64,000 nt of DNA from contig OZ024740.1 of assembly GCA_964016885.1 (NCBI GenBank), forward strand, positions 251,968,001 to 252,032,000, read 5' to 3'. The notes below the pieces were generated by a model. That model did not search any database and was not told where the DNA came from. It saw nothing but the letters and a program-made list of their open reading frames with translations. Shown piece by piece: positions 1 through 13,900 of this stretch. Origin of the DNA: Eledone cirrhosa (taxonomy: Eukaryota). Position numbers and translations under genes: made by a program. How positions within the stretch are numbered: the first letter of the stretch is position 1; the number at the start of each line of letters is the position of its first letter.

Positions 1-2489
1 TTTTTTTACAAATTATCCCCCTGATTTTTTTTTTTACAAATTATCTCCGCCTGATTTTTAAAAAAAAATTATCTCCCCTTGGACGGCTGGAAATTATCTC
101 CCCTTGGACGGCTGGAAATTATCTCCCCTTGGACGGCTAGAAATTACCTCTCCTTGGACGGCTGAAAATTATCTCCCCTTGGACGGCTGCAAATTATCTC
201 CCCTTGATTTTTTTTACAAATTATCTCCCCCTGATTTTTTTTACAAATTATCTCCCCCTGATTTTTTTTACAAATTATCTCCCCCTGATTTTTTTTTACA
301 AATTATCTCCCCCTGATTTTTTTTTACAAATTATCTCCCCCTGATTTTTTTTACAAATTATCTCCCCCTGATTTTTTTTACAAATTATCTCCCCCTGATT
401 TTTTTTTACAAATTATCTCCCCTTGATTTTTTTTTACAAATTATCTGCCCCTGATTTTTTTTTTACAAATTATCTCCCCCTGATTTTTTTACAAATTATC
501 TCCCCCTGATTTTTTTTACAAATTATCTCCCCCTGATTTTTTTTACAAATTATATCCCCTTGATTTTTTTTACAAATTATCTCCCCTTGATTTTTTTTTA
601 CAAATTATCTCCCCCTGATTTTTTTTTTACAAATTATCTCCCCCTGATTTTTTTAAAAATTATCTTCCCTTGGCTGGCGGGAAATTATCTCCCCTTGGAC
701 GGCTGGAAATTATCTCCCCTTGGAAGGATGTAAATTATCTCCCCTTGGACGGCTGGAAATTATCTCCCCTTGCACGGCTGGAAATTATCTCCCCTTGATT
801 TTTTTTACAAATTATCTCCCCCTGATTTTTTTTTACAAATTATCTCCCCCTGATTTTTTTTACAAATTATCTCCCCCTGATTTTTTTTACAAATTATCTC
901 CCCCTGATTTTAAAAAAAAAAATTATCTCCCCTTCGCTGGCTGGAAATTATCTCCCCTTGGACGCTGGAAATTATAGTCCCTTGGAGGGCTGGAAATTAT
1001 CTTCCCTTGGACGGCTGGAAATTATCTTCCCTTGGACGGCTGGAAATTATCTCCCCTTGATTTTTTTTACAAATTATCTCCCCCTGATTTTTTTTTACAA
1101 ATTATCTCCCCCTGATTTTTTTTACAAATTATCTACCCCTGATTTTTTTACAAATTATCTCCCCCTGATTTTTTTTTACAAATTATCTCCCTCTGATTTT
1201 TTTTTACAAATTATCTCCCCCTGATTTTTTTTTTACAAATTATCTCCCCCTGATTTTTTTACAAATTATCTCCCCCTGATTTTTTTTACAATCTCCGCCT
1301 GATTTTTTAAAAAATTATCTCCCCTTCGCTGGCTGGAAATTATCTCCCCTTGGACGCTGGAAATTATAGCCCCTTGGAGGGCTGGAAATTATCTTCCCTT
1401 GGACGGCTGGAAATTATCTCCCCTTGATTTTTTTTACAAATTATCTCCCCCTGATTTTTTTTTACAAATTATCTCCCCCTGATTTTTTTTTACAAATTAT
1501 CTCCCCCTGATTTTTTTTTTTACAAATTATCTCCGCCTGATTTAAAAAAAAAAATTATCTCCCCTTGGACGGCTGGAAATTATCTCCCCTTGGACGGCTG
1601 GAAATTATCTCCCCTTGGACGGCTAGAAATTACCTCTCCTTGGACGGCTGAAAATTATCTCCCCTTGGACGGCTGCAAATTATCTCCCCTTGATTTTTTT
1701 TACAAATTATCTCCCCCTGATTTTTTTTACAAATTATCTCCCCCTGATTTTTTTTTACAAATTATCTCCCCCTGATTTTTTTTTTACAAATTATCTCCCC
1801 CTGATTTTTTTTACAAATTATCTCCCCCTGATTTTTTTTACAAATTATCTCCCCCTGATTTTTTTTTACAAATTATCTCCCCTTGATTTTTTTTTACAAA
1901 TTATCTCCCCCTGATTTTTTTTTTACAAATTATCTCCCCCTGATTTTTTTACAAATTATCTCCCCCTGATTTTTTTTACAAATTATCTCCCCCTGATTTT
2001 TTTTACAAATTATCTCCCCTTGATTTTTTTTTACAAATTATCTCCCCCTGATTTTTTTTTTACAAATTATCGCCCCCTGATTTTTTTAAAAATTATCTTC
2101 CCTTGGCTGGCGGGAAATTATCTCCCCTTGGACGGCTGGAAATTATCTCCCCTTGGAAGGATGTAAATTATCTCCCCTTGGACGGCTGGAAATTATCTCC
2201 CCTTGCACGGCTGGAAATTATCTCCCCTTGATTTTTTTTACAAATTATCTCCCCCTGATTTTTTTTTACAAATTATCTCCCCCTGATTTTTTTTTACAAA
2301 TTATCTCCCCCTGATTCTTTTTACAAATTATCTCCCCCTGATTTAAAAAAAAAAAATTATCTCCCCTTCGCTGGCTGGAAATTATCTCCCCTTGGACGCT
2401 GGAAATTATAGCCCCTTGGAGGGCTGGAAATTATCTTCCCTTGGACGGCTGGAAATTATCTTCCCTTGGACGGCTGGAAATTATCTCCC

Positions 2490-5400
2490 CTTGATTTTTT
2501 TTACAAATTATCTCCCCCTGATTTTTTTTTACAAATTATCTCCCCCTGATTTTTTTTTACAAATTATCTCCCCCTGATTTTTTTTTTACAAATTATCTCC
2601 GCTTGATTTTTTAAAAAAAATTATCTCCCCTTGGACGGCTGGAAATTATCTCCCCTTGGACGGCTGGAAATTATCTCCCCTTGGACGGCTAGAAATTATC
2701 TCTCCTTGGACGGCTGAAAATTATCTCCCCTTGGACGGCTGCAAATTATCTCCCCTTGATTTTTTTTACAAATTATCTCCCCCTGATTTTTTTTTACAAA
2801 TTATCTCCCCCTGATTTTTTTTTACAAATTATCTCCCCTTGATTTTTTTTTACAAATTATCTCCCCCTGATTTTTTTTTTACAAATTATCTCCCCCTGAT
2901 TTTTTTACAAATTATCTCCCCCTGATTTTTTTTACAAATTATCTCCCCCTGATTTTTTTTACAAATTATCTCCCCTTGATTTTTTTTTACAAATTATCTC
3001 CCCCTGATTTTTTTTTTACAAATTATCTCCCCCTGATTTTTTTAAAAATTATCTTCCCTTGGCTGGCGGGAAATTATCTCCCCTTGGACGGCTGGAAATT
3101 ATCTCCCCTTGGAAGGATGTAAATTATCTCCCCTTGGACGGCTGGAAATTATCTCCCCTTGCACGGCTGGAAATTATCTCCCCTTGATTTTTTTTACAAA
3201 TTATCTCCCCCTGATTTTTTTTTACAAATTATCTCCCCCTGATTTTTTTTTACAAATTATCTCCCCCTGATTTTTTTTACAAATTATCTCCCCCTGATTT
3301 TTAAAAAAAAAATTATCTCCCCTTCGCTGGCTGGAAATTATCTCCCCTTGGACGCTGGAAATTATAGCCCCTTGGAGGGCTGGAAATTATCTTCCCTTGG
3401 ACGGCTGGAAATTATCTTCCCTTGGACGGCTGGAAATTATCTCCCCCTGATTTTTTTTTACAAATTATCTCCCCCTGATTTTTTTTTACAAATTATCTCC
3501 CCCTGATTTTTTTTTTACAAATTATCTCCGCTTGATTTTTTAAAAAAAATTATCTCCCCTTGGACGGCTGGAAATTATCTCCCCTTGGACGGCTGGAAAT
3601 TATCTCCCCTTGGACGGCTAGAAATTATCTCTCCTTGGACGGCTGAAAATTATCTCCCCTTGGACGGCTGCAAATTATCTCCCCTTTATTTTTTTTACAA
3701 ATTATCTCCCCCTGATTTTTTTTTACAAATTATCTCCCCCTCATTTTTTTACAAATTATCTACCCCTGATTTTTTTTACAAATTATCTCCCCCTGATTTT
3801 TTTTTACAAATTATCTCCCTCTGATTTTTTTTACAAATTATCTCCCCCTGATTTTTTTTTTACAAATTATCTCCCCCTGATTTTTTTAAAAATTATCTCC
3901 CCCTGATTTTTTTACAATCTCCGCCTGATTTTTTTAAAAATTATCTTCCCTTGGCTGGCGGGAAATTATCTCCCCTTGGACGGCTGGAAATTATCTCCCC
4001 TTGGAAGGATGGAAATTATCTCCCCTTGGACGGCTGGATATTATCTCCCCTTGCACGGCTGGAAATTATCTCCCCTTGGCTGGAAATTATCTCCCCTTGG
4101 ACGGCTAGAAATTATCTCTCTTTGGACGGCTGGAAATTATCTCCCTTTGATTTTTTTTACAAATTATCTCCCTCTGATATTTTTTACAAATCTCCCCCTG
4201 ATTTTTTAAAAAAAATTATCTCCCCTTCGCTGGCTGGAAATTATCTCCCCTTGGACACTGGAAATTATAGCCCCTTGGAGGGCTGGAAATTATCTTCCCT
4301 TGGACGGCTGGAAATTATCTCCCCTTGATTTTTTTTACAAATTATCTCCGCCTGATTTTTTTTAAAAATTATCTCTCCTTGGACGGCTGGAAATTATCTC
4401 CCCTTGATTTTTTTTACAAATTATCTCCCCCTGATTTTTTTTACAAATTATCTCCCCCTGATTTTTTTTTACAAATTATCTACCACTGATTTTTTTTACA
4501 AATTATCTCCCCCTGATTTTTTTTACAAATTATCTCCCCCTGATTTTTCTTTTACAAATTATCTCCCCCTGATTTTTTTACAAATTATCTCCCCCTGATT
4601 TTTTTTACAAATTATCTCCGCCTGATTTTTTTAAATATTATCTTACCTTGGCTGGCGGGAAATTATCTCCCCTTGGACGGCTGGAAATTATCTGCCCTTG
4701 ATTTTGTTTTTACAAATTATCTTCCACTGATTTTTTTTACAAATTATCTCCACCTGATTTTTTTAAAAATTATCTCCCCTTGGAAGGCTGGAAATTATCT
4801 CCCCTTGGACGGCTAGAAATTATCTCTCTTTGGACGGCTGGAAATTATCTCCCCTTGATTTTTTTTACAAATTATCTCCCCCTGATTTTTTTTACAAATA
4901 TCCCAGTGATTTTTTTTAAAAAATTATCTCCCCTTCGCTGGCTGGAAATTATCTCCCCTTGGACGCTGGAAATTATAGCCCCTTGGAGGGCTGGAAATTA
5001 TCTTCCCTTGGACGGCTGGAAATTATCTCCCCTTGATTTTTTTTACAAATTATCTCCCCCTGATTTTTTTTTACAAATTATCTCCCCCTGATTTTTTTTT
5101 ACAAATTATCTCCCCCTGATTTTTTTTACAACTTATCTCCGCCTGATTTTTTTTAAAAAATCATCTCCCCTTGGACGGCTGGAAATTATCTCCCCTTGGA
5201 CGGCTGGAAATTATCTCTCCTTGGACGGCTAGAAATTACCTCTCCTTGGACAATTGAAAATTATCTCCCCTTGGACGGCTGGAAATTATCTCCCCTTGAT
5301 TTTTTTTACAAATTATCTCCCCCTGATTTTTTTTACAAATTATCTCCCCTGATTTTTTTTTACAAATTATCTCCCCCTGATTTTTTTTTACAAATTATCT

Positions 5401-8400
5401 CCCCCTGATTTTTTTTACAAATTATCTCCCCCTGATTTTTTTACAAATTATCTCCCCTTGGCTGGCTGGAAATTATCTCCCCTTGGAGGCAGGAATTTAT
5501 CTCCCCTTGGACGGCTAGAAATTACCTCTCCTTGGACGGCTGGAAAATATGTCTCCTTGGACGGCTGGAAATTATCTCCCCTTGGACGGCTGGAAATTAT
5601 CTCCCCTTGGACGGCTGGAAATTATCTCCCCTTGGACGGCTAGAAATTACCTCTCCTTGGACGTCTGAAAATTATCTCCCCTTGGACGGCTGGAAATTAT
5701 CTCCCCTTGATTTTTTTACAAATTATCTCCCCCTGATTTTTTTTTACAAATTATCTCCCCCTGATTTTTTTTACAAATTATCTCCCCCTGATTTTTTTTA
5801 CAAATTATCTCCCCCTGATTTTTTTTACAAATTATCTCCGCCTGATTTTTTTAAATATTATCTCTCCTTGGCTGGCGGGAAATTATCTCCCCTTGGACGG
5901 CTGCAAATTATCTCCGCTTGATTTTTTTTACAAATTATCTCCCCCTGATTTTTTTTTACAAATTATCTCCCCCTGATTTTTTTTACAAATTATCTCCCCC
6001 TGATTTTTTTTACAAATTATCTCCCCCTGATTTTTTTTTACAAATTATCTCCCCTTGATTTTTTTTTACAAATTATCTCCCCCTGATTTTTTTTTTACAA
6101 ATTATCTCCCCCTGATTTTTTTACAAATTATCTCCCCCTGATTTTTTTTACAAATTATCTCCCCCTGATTTTTTTTACAAATTATCTCCCCTTGATTTTT
6201 TTTTACAAATTATCTCCCCCTGATTTTTTTTTTACAAATTATCTCCCCCTGATTTTTTTAAAAATTATCTTCCCTTGGCTGGCGGGAAATTATCTCCCCT
6301 TGGACGGCTGGAAATTATCTCCCCTTGGAAGGATGTAAATTATCTCCCCTTGGACGGCTGGAAATTATCTCCCCTTGCACGGCTGGAAATTATCTCCCCT
6401 TGATTTTTTTTACAAATTATCTCCCCCTGATTTTTTTTTACAAATTATCTCCCCCTGATTTTTTTTTACAAATTATCTCCCCCTGATTTTTTTTACAAAT
6501 TATCTCCCCCTGATTTTTAAAAAAAAAATTATCTCCCCTTCGCTGGCTGGAAATTATCTCCCCTTGGACGCTGGAAATTATAGCCCCTTGGAGGGCTGGA
6601 AATTATCTTCCCTTGGACGGCTGGAAATTATCTTCCCTTGGACGGCTGGAAATTATCTCCCCTTGATTTTTTTTACAAATTATCTCCCCCTGATTTTTTT
6701 TTACAAATTATCTCCCCCTGATTTTTTTTTACAAATTATCTCCCCCTGATTTTTTTTTTACAAATTATCTCCGCTTGATTTTTTAAAAAAAATTATCTCC
6801 CCTTGGACGGCTGGAAATTATCTCCCCGTGGACGGCTGGAAATTATCTCCCCTTGGACGGCTAGAAATTATCTCTCCTTGGACGGCTAAAAATTATCTCC
6901 CCTTGGACGGCTGCAAACTATCTCCCCTTGATTTTTTTTACAAATTATCTCCCCCTGATTTTTTTTTACAAATTATCTCCCCCTGATTTTTTTTACAAAT
7001 TATCTACCCCTGATTTTTTTTACAAATTATCTCTCCCTGATTTTTTTTACAAATTATCTCCCTCTGATTTTTTTTTACAAATTATCTCCCCCTGATTTTT
7101 TTTTTACAAATTATCTCCCCCTGATTTTTTTACAAATTATCTCCCCCTGATTTTTTTTACAATCTCCGCCTGATTTTTTAAAAAATTATCTTCCCTTGGC
7201 TGGCGGGAAATTATCTCCCCTTGGACGGCTGGAAATTATCTCCCCTTGGACGGCTAGAAATTATCTCTCTTTGGACGGCTGGAAATTATCTCCCCTTGAT
7301 TTTTTTTACAAATTATCTCCCCCTGATTTTTTTTACAAATTATCCCCGCATGATTTAAAAAAAAAAAATTATCTCCCCTTCGCTGGCTGGAAATTATCTC
7401 CCCTTGGACGCTGGAAATTATAGCCCCTTGGAGGGCTGGAAATTATCTTCCCTTGGACGGCTGGAAATTATCTCCCCTTGATTTTTTTTACAAATTATCT
7501 CCCCCTGATTTTTTTTTACAAATTATCTCCCCCTGATTTTTTTTTACAAATTATCTCCCCCTGATTTTTTTTTTACAAATTATCTCCGCTTGATTTTTTA
7601 AAAAAAATTATCTCCCCTTGGACGGCTGGAAATTATCTCCCCTTGGACGGCTGGAAATTATCTCCCCTTGGACGGCTAGAAATTATCTCTCCTTGGACGG
7701 CTGAAAATTATCTCCCCTTGGACGGCTGCAAATTATCTCCCCTTGATTTTTTTTACAAATTATCTCCCCCTGATTTTTTTTTACAAATTATCTCCCCCTG
7801 ATTTTTTTTTACAAATTATCTCCCCTTGATTTTTTTTTACAAATTATCTCCCCCTGATTTTTTTTTTACAAATTATCTCCCCCTGATTTTTTTACAAATT
7901 ATCTCCCCCTGATTTTTTTTACAAATTATCTCCCCCTGATTTTTTTTACAAATTATCTCCCCTTGATTTTTTTTTACAAATTATCTCCCCCTGATTTTTT
8001 TTTTACAAATTATCTCCCCCTGATTTTTTTAAAAATTATCTTCCCTTGGCTGGCGGGAAATTATCTCCCCTTGGACGGCTGGAAATTATCTCCCCTTGGA
8101 AGGATGTAAATTATCTCCCCTTGGAGGCTGGAAATTATCTCCCTTGCACGGCTGGAAATTATCTCCCCTTGATTTTTTTTACAAATTATCTCCCCCTGAT
8201 TTTTTTTTACAAATTATCTCCCCCTGATTTTTTTTTACAAATTATCTCCCCCTGATTTTTTTTTTACAAATTATCTCCGCTTGATTTTTTAAAAAAAATT
8301 ATCTCCCCTTGGACGGCTGGAAATTATCTCCCCTTGGACGGCTGGAAATTATCTCCCCTTGGACGGCTAGAAATTATCTCTCCTTGGACGGCTGAAAATT

Positions 8401-11400
8401 ATCTCCCCTTGGACGGCTGCAAATTATCTCCCCTTGATTTTTTTTACAAATTATCTCCCCCTGATTTTTTTTTACAAATTATCTCCCCCTGATTTTTTTT
8501 TACAAATTATCTCCACTTGATTTTTTTTTACAAATTATCTCCCCCTGATTTTTTTTTTACAAATTATCTCCCCCTGATTTTTTTACAAATTATCTCCCCC
8601 TGATTTTTTTTACAAATTATCTCCCCCTGATTTTTTTTACAAATTATCTCCCCTTGATTTTTTTTTACAAATTATCTCCCCCTGATTTTTTTTTTACAAA
8701 TTATCTCCCCCTGATTTTTTTAAAAATTATCTTCCCTTGGCTGGCGGGAAATTATCTCCCCTTGGACGGCTGGAAATTATCTCCCCTTGGAAGGATGTAA
8801 ATTATCTCCCCTTGGACGGCTGGAAATTATCTCCCCTTGCACGGCTGGAAATTATCTCCCCTTGATTTTTTTTACAAATTATCTCCCCCTGATTTTTTTT
8901 TACAAATTATCTCCCCCTGATTTTTTTTTACAAATTATCTCCCCCTGATTTTTTTTACAAATTATCTCCCCCTGATTTAAAAAAAAAAAATTATCTCCCC
9001 TTCGCTGGCTGGAAATTATCTCCCCTTGGACGCTGGAAATTATAGCCCCTTGGAGGGCTGGAAATTATCTTCCCTTGGACGGCTGGAAATTATCTTCCCT
9101 TGGACGGCTGGAAATTATCTCCCCTTGATTTTTTTTACAAATTATCTCCCCCTGATTTTTTTTTACAAATTATCTCCCCCTGATTTTTTTTTACAAATTA
9201 TCTCCCCCTGATTTTTTTTTTACAAATTATCTCCGCTTGATTTTTAAAAAAAAATTATCTCCCCTTGGACGGCTGGAAATTATCTCCCCTTGGACGGCTG
9301 GAAATTATCTCCCCTTGGACGGCTAGAAATTATCTCTCCTTGGACGGCTGAAAATTATCTCCCCTTGGACGGCTGCAAATTATCTCCCCTTTATTTTTTT
9401 TACAAATTATCTCCCCCTGATTTTTTTTTACAAATTATCTCCCCCTCATTTTTTTACAAATTATCTACCCCTGATTTTTTTTACAAATTATCTCCCCCTG
9501 ATTTTTTTTTACAAATTATCTCCCTCTGATTTTTTTTACAAATTATCTCCCCCTGATTTTTTTTTTACAAATTATCTCCCCCTGATTTTTTTAAAAATTA
9601 TCTCCCCCTGATTTTTTTACAATCTCCGCCTGATTTTTTTAAAAATTATCTTCCCTTGGCTGGCGGGAAATTATCTCCCCTTGGACGGCTGGAAATTATC
9701 TCCCCTTGGAAGGATGGAAATTATCTCCCCTTGGACGGCTGGATATTATCTCCCCTTGCACGGCTGGAAATTATCTCCCCTTGGCTGGAAATTATCTCCC
9801 CTTGGACGGCTAGAAATTATCTCTCTTTGGACGGCTGGAAATTATCTCCCATTGATTTTTTTTACAAATTATCTCCCTCTGATATTTTTTACAAATCTCC
9901 CCCTGATTTTTTAAAAAAAATTATCTCCCCTTCGCTGGCTGGAAATTATCTCCCCTTGGACACTGGAAATTATAGCCCCTTGGAGGGCTGGAAATTATCT
10001 TCCCTTGGACGGCTGGAAATTATCTCCCCTTGATTTTTTTTACAAATTATCTCCGCCTGATTTTTTTTAAAAATTATCTCTCCTTGGACGGCTGGAAATT
10101 ATCTCCCCTTGATTTTTTTTACAAATTATCTCCCCCTGATTTTTTTTACAAATTATCTCCCCCTGATTTTTTTTTACAAATTATCTACCACTGATTTTTT
10201 TTACAAATTATCTCCCCCTGATTTTTTTTACAAATTATCTCCCCCTGATTTTTCTTTTACAAATTATCTCCCCCTGATTTTTTTACAAATTATCTCCCCC
10301 TGATTTTTTTTACAAATTATCTCCGCCTGATTTTTTTAAATATTATCTTCCCTTGGCTGGCGGGAAATTATCTCCCCTTGGACGGCTGGAAATTATCTGC
10401 CCTTGATTTTGTTTTTACAAATTATCTTCCACTGATTTTTTTTACAAATTATCTCCACCTGATTTTTTAAAAAATTATCTCCCCTTGGAAGGCTGGAAAT
10501 TATCTCCCCTTGGACGGCTAGAAATTATCTCTCTTTGGACGGCTGGAAATTATCTCCCCTTGATTTTTTTTACAAATTATCTCCCCCTGATTTTTTTTAC
10601 AAATATCCCAGTGATTTTTTTTAAAAAATTATCTCCCCTTCGCTGGCTGGAAATTATCTCCCCTTGGACGCTGGAAATTATAGCCCCTTGGAGGGCTGGA
10701 AATTATCTTCCCTTGGACGGCTGGAAATTATCTCCCCTTGATTTTTTTTACAAATTATCTCCCCCTGATTTTTTTTTACAAATTATCTCCCCCTGATTTT
10801 TTTTTACAAATTATCTCCCCCTGATTTTTTTTACAACTTATCTCCGCCTGATTTTTTTAAAAAAATCATCTCCCCTTGGACGGCTGGAAATTATCTCCCC
10901 TTGGACGGCTGGAAATTATCTCTCCTTGGACGGCTAGAAATTACCTCTCCTTGGACAATTGAAAATTATCTCCCCTTGGACGGCTGGAAATTATCTCCCC
11001 TTGATTTTTTTTACAAATTATCTCCCCCTGATTTTTTTTACAAATTATCTCCCCTGATTTTTTTTTACAAATTATCTCCCCCTGATTTTTTTTTACAAAT
11101 TATCTCCCCCTGATTTTTTTTACAAATTATCTCCCCCTGATTTTTTTACAAATTATCTCCCCTTGGCTGGCTGGAAATTATCTCCCCTTGGAGGCAGGAA
11201 TTTATCTCCCCTTGGACGGCTAGAAATTACCTCTCCTTGGACGGCTGGAAAATATGTCTCCTTGGACGGCTGGAAATTATCTCCCCTTGGACGGCTGGAA
11301 ATTATCTTCCCTTGGACGGCTGGAAATTATCTCCCCTTGGACGGCTAGAAATTACCTCTCCTTGGACGGCTGAAAATTATCTCCCCTTGGACGGCTGGAA

Positions 11401-13900
11401 ATTATCTCCCCTTGATTTTTTTACAAATTATCTCCCCCTGATTTTTTTTTACAAATTATCTCCCCCTGATTTTTTTTACAAATTATCTCCCCCTGATTTT
11501 TTTTACAAATTATCTCCCCCTGATTTTTTTTACAAATTATCTCCGCCTGATTTTTTTAAATATTATCTCTCCTTGGCTGGCGGGAAATTATCTCCCCTTG
11601 GACGGCTGCAAATTATCTCCGCTTGATTTTTTTTACAAATTATCTCCCCCTGATTTTTTTTTACAAATTATCTCCCCCTGATTTTTTTTACAAATTATCT
11701 CCCCCTGATTTTTTTTACAAATTATCTCCCCCTGATTTTTTTTTACAAATTATCTCCCCTTGATTTTTTTTTACAAATTATCTCCCCCTGATTTTTTTTT
11801 TACAAATTATCTCCCCCTGATTTTTTTACAAATTATCTCCCCCTGATTTTTTTTACAAATTATCTCCCCCTGATTTTTTTTACAAATTATCTCCCCTTGA
11901 TTTTTTTTTACAAATTATCTCCCCCTGATTTTTTTTTTACAAATTATCTCCCCCTGATTTTTTTAAAAATTATCTTCCCTTGGCTGGCGGGAAATTATCT
12001 CCCCTTGGACGGCTGGAAATTATCTCCCCTTGGAAGGATGTAAATTATCTCCCCTTGGACGGCTGGAAATTATCTCCCCTTGCACGGCTGGAAATTATCT
12101 CCCCTTGATTTTTTTTACAAATTATCTCCCCCTGATTTTTTTTTACAAATTATCTCCCCCTGATTTTTTTTTACAAATTATCTCCCCCTGATTTTTTTTA
12201 CAAATTATCTCCCCCTGATTTAAAAAAAAAAAATTATCTCCCCTTCGCTGGCTGGAAATTATCTCCCCTTGGACGCTGGAAATTATAGCCCCTTGGAGGG
12301 CTGGAAATTATCTTCCCTTGGACGGCTGGAAATTATCTTCCCTTGGACGGCTGGAAATTATCTCCCCTTGATTTTTTTTACAAATTATCTCCCCCTGATT
12401 TTTTTTTACAAATTATCTCCCCCTGATTTTTTTTTACAAATTATCTCCCCCTGATTTTTTTTTTACAAATTATCTCCGCTTGATTTTTTAAAAAAAATTA
12501 TCTCCCCTTGGACGGCTGGAAATTATCTCCCCGTGGACGGCTGGAAATTATCTCCCCTTGGACGGCTAGAAATTATCTCTCCTTGGACGGCTGAAAATTA
12601 TCTCCCCTTGGACGGCTGCAAATTATCTCCCCTTGATTTTTTTTACAAATTATCTCCCCCTGATTTTTTTTTACAAATTATCTCCCCCTGATTTTTTTTA
12701 CAAATTATCTACCCCTGATTTTTTTTACAAATTATCTCTCCCTGATTTTTTTTACAAATTATCTCCCTCTGATTTTTTTTTACAAATTATCTCCCCCTGA
12801 TTTTTTTTTTACAAATTATCTCCCCCTGATTTTTTTACAAATTATCTCCCCCTGATTTTTTTTACAATCTCCGCCTGATTTTTTAAAAAATTATCTTCCC
12901 TTGGCTGGCGGGAAATTATCTCCCCTTGGACGGCTTGAAATTATCTCCCCTTGGACGGCTAGAAATTATCTCTCTTTGGACGGCTGGAAATTATCTCCCC
13001 TTGATTTTTTTTACAAATTATCTCCCCCTGATTTTTTTTACAAATTATCCCCGCATGATTTAAAAAAAAAAAATTATCTCCCCTTCGCTGGCTGGAAATT
13101 ATCTCCCCTTGGACGCTGGAAATTATAGCCCCTTGGAGGGCTGGAAATTATCTTCCCTTGGACGGCTGGAAATTATCTCCCCTTGATTTTTTTTACAAAT
13201 TATCTCCCCCTGATTTTTTTTTACAAATTATCTCCCCCTGATTTTTTTTTACAAATTATCTCCCCCTGATTTTTTTTTTACAAATTATCTCCGCTTGATT
13301 TTTTAAAAAAAATTATCTCCCCTTGGACGGCTGGAAATTATCTCCCCTTGGACGGCTGGAAATTATCTCCCCTTGGACGGCTAGAAATTATCTCTCCTTG
13401 GACGGCTGAAAATTATCTCCCCTTGGACGGCTGCAAATTATCTCCCCTTGATTTTTTTTACAAATTATCTCCCCCTGATTTTTTTTTACAAATTATCTCC
13501 CCCTGATTTTTTTTTACAAATTATCTCCCCTTGATTTTTTTTACAAATTATCTCCCCCTGATTTTTTTTTTACAAATTATCTCCCCCTGATTTTTTTACA
13601 AATTATCTCCCCCTGATTTTTTTTACAAATTATCTCCCCCTGATTTTTTTTACAAATTATCTCCCCTTGATTTTTTTTACAAATTATCTCCCCCTGATTT
13701 TTTTTTTACAAATTATCTCCCCCTGATTTTTTTAAAAATTATCTTCCCTTGGCTGGCGGGAAATTATCTCCCCTTGGACGGCTGGAAATTATCTCCCCTT
13801 GGAAGGATGTAAATTATCTCCCCTTGGACGGCTGGAAATTATCTCCCTTGCACGGCTGGAAATTATCTCCCCTTGATTTTTTTTACAAATTATCTCCCCC
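2490..13900 (+). repeat. Higher-order repeat, about 5.7 kb x2
   Basis: Constant 5705 offset between matching ORF-track starts (3585/9290, 3951/9656, 4404/10109, 5458/11163, 7196/12901) and the CAATTG marker at 5251/10956. Boundaries approximate. Confidence 0.9.
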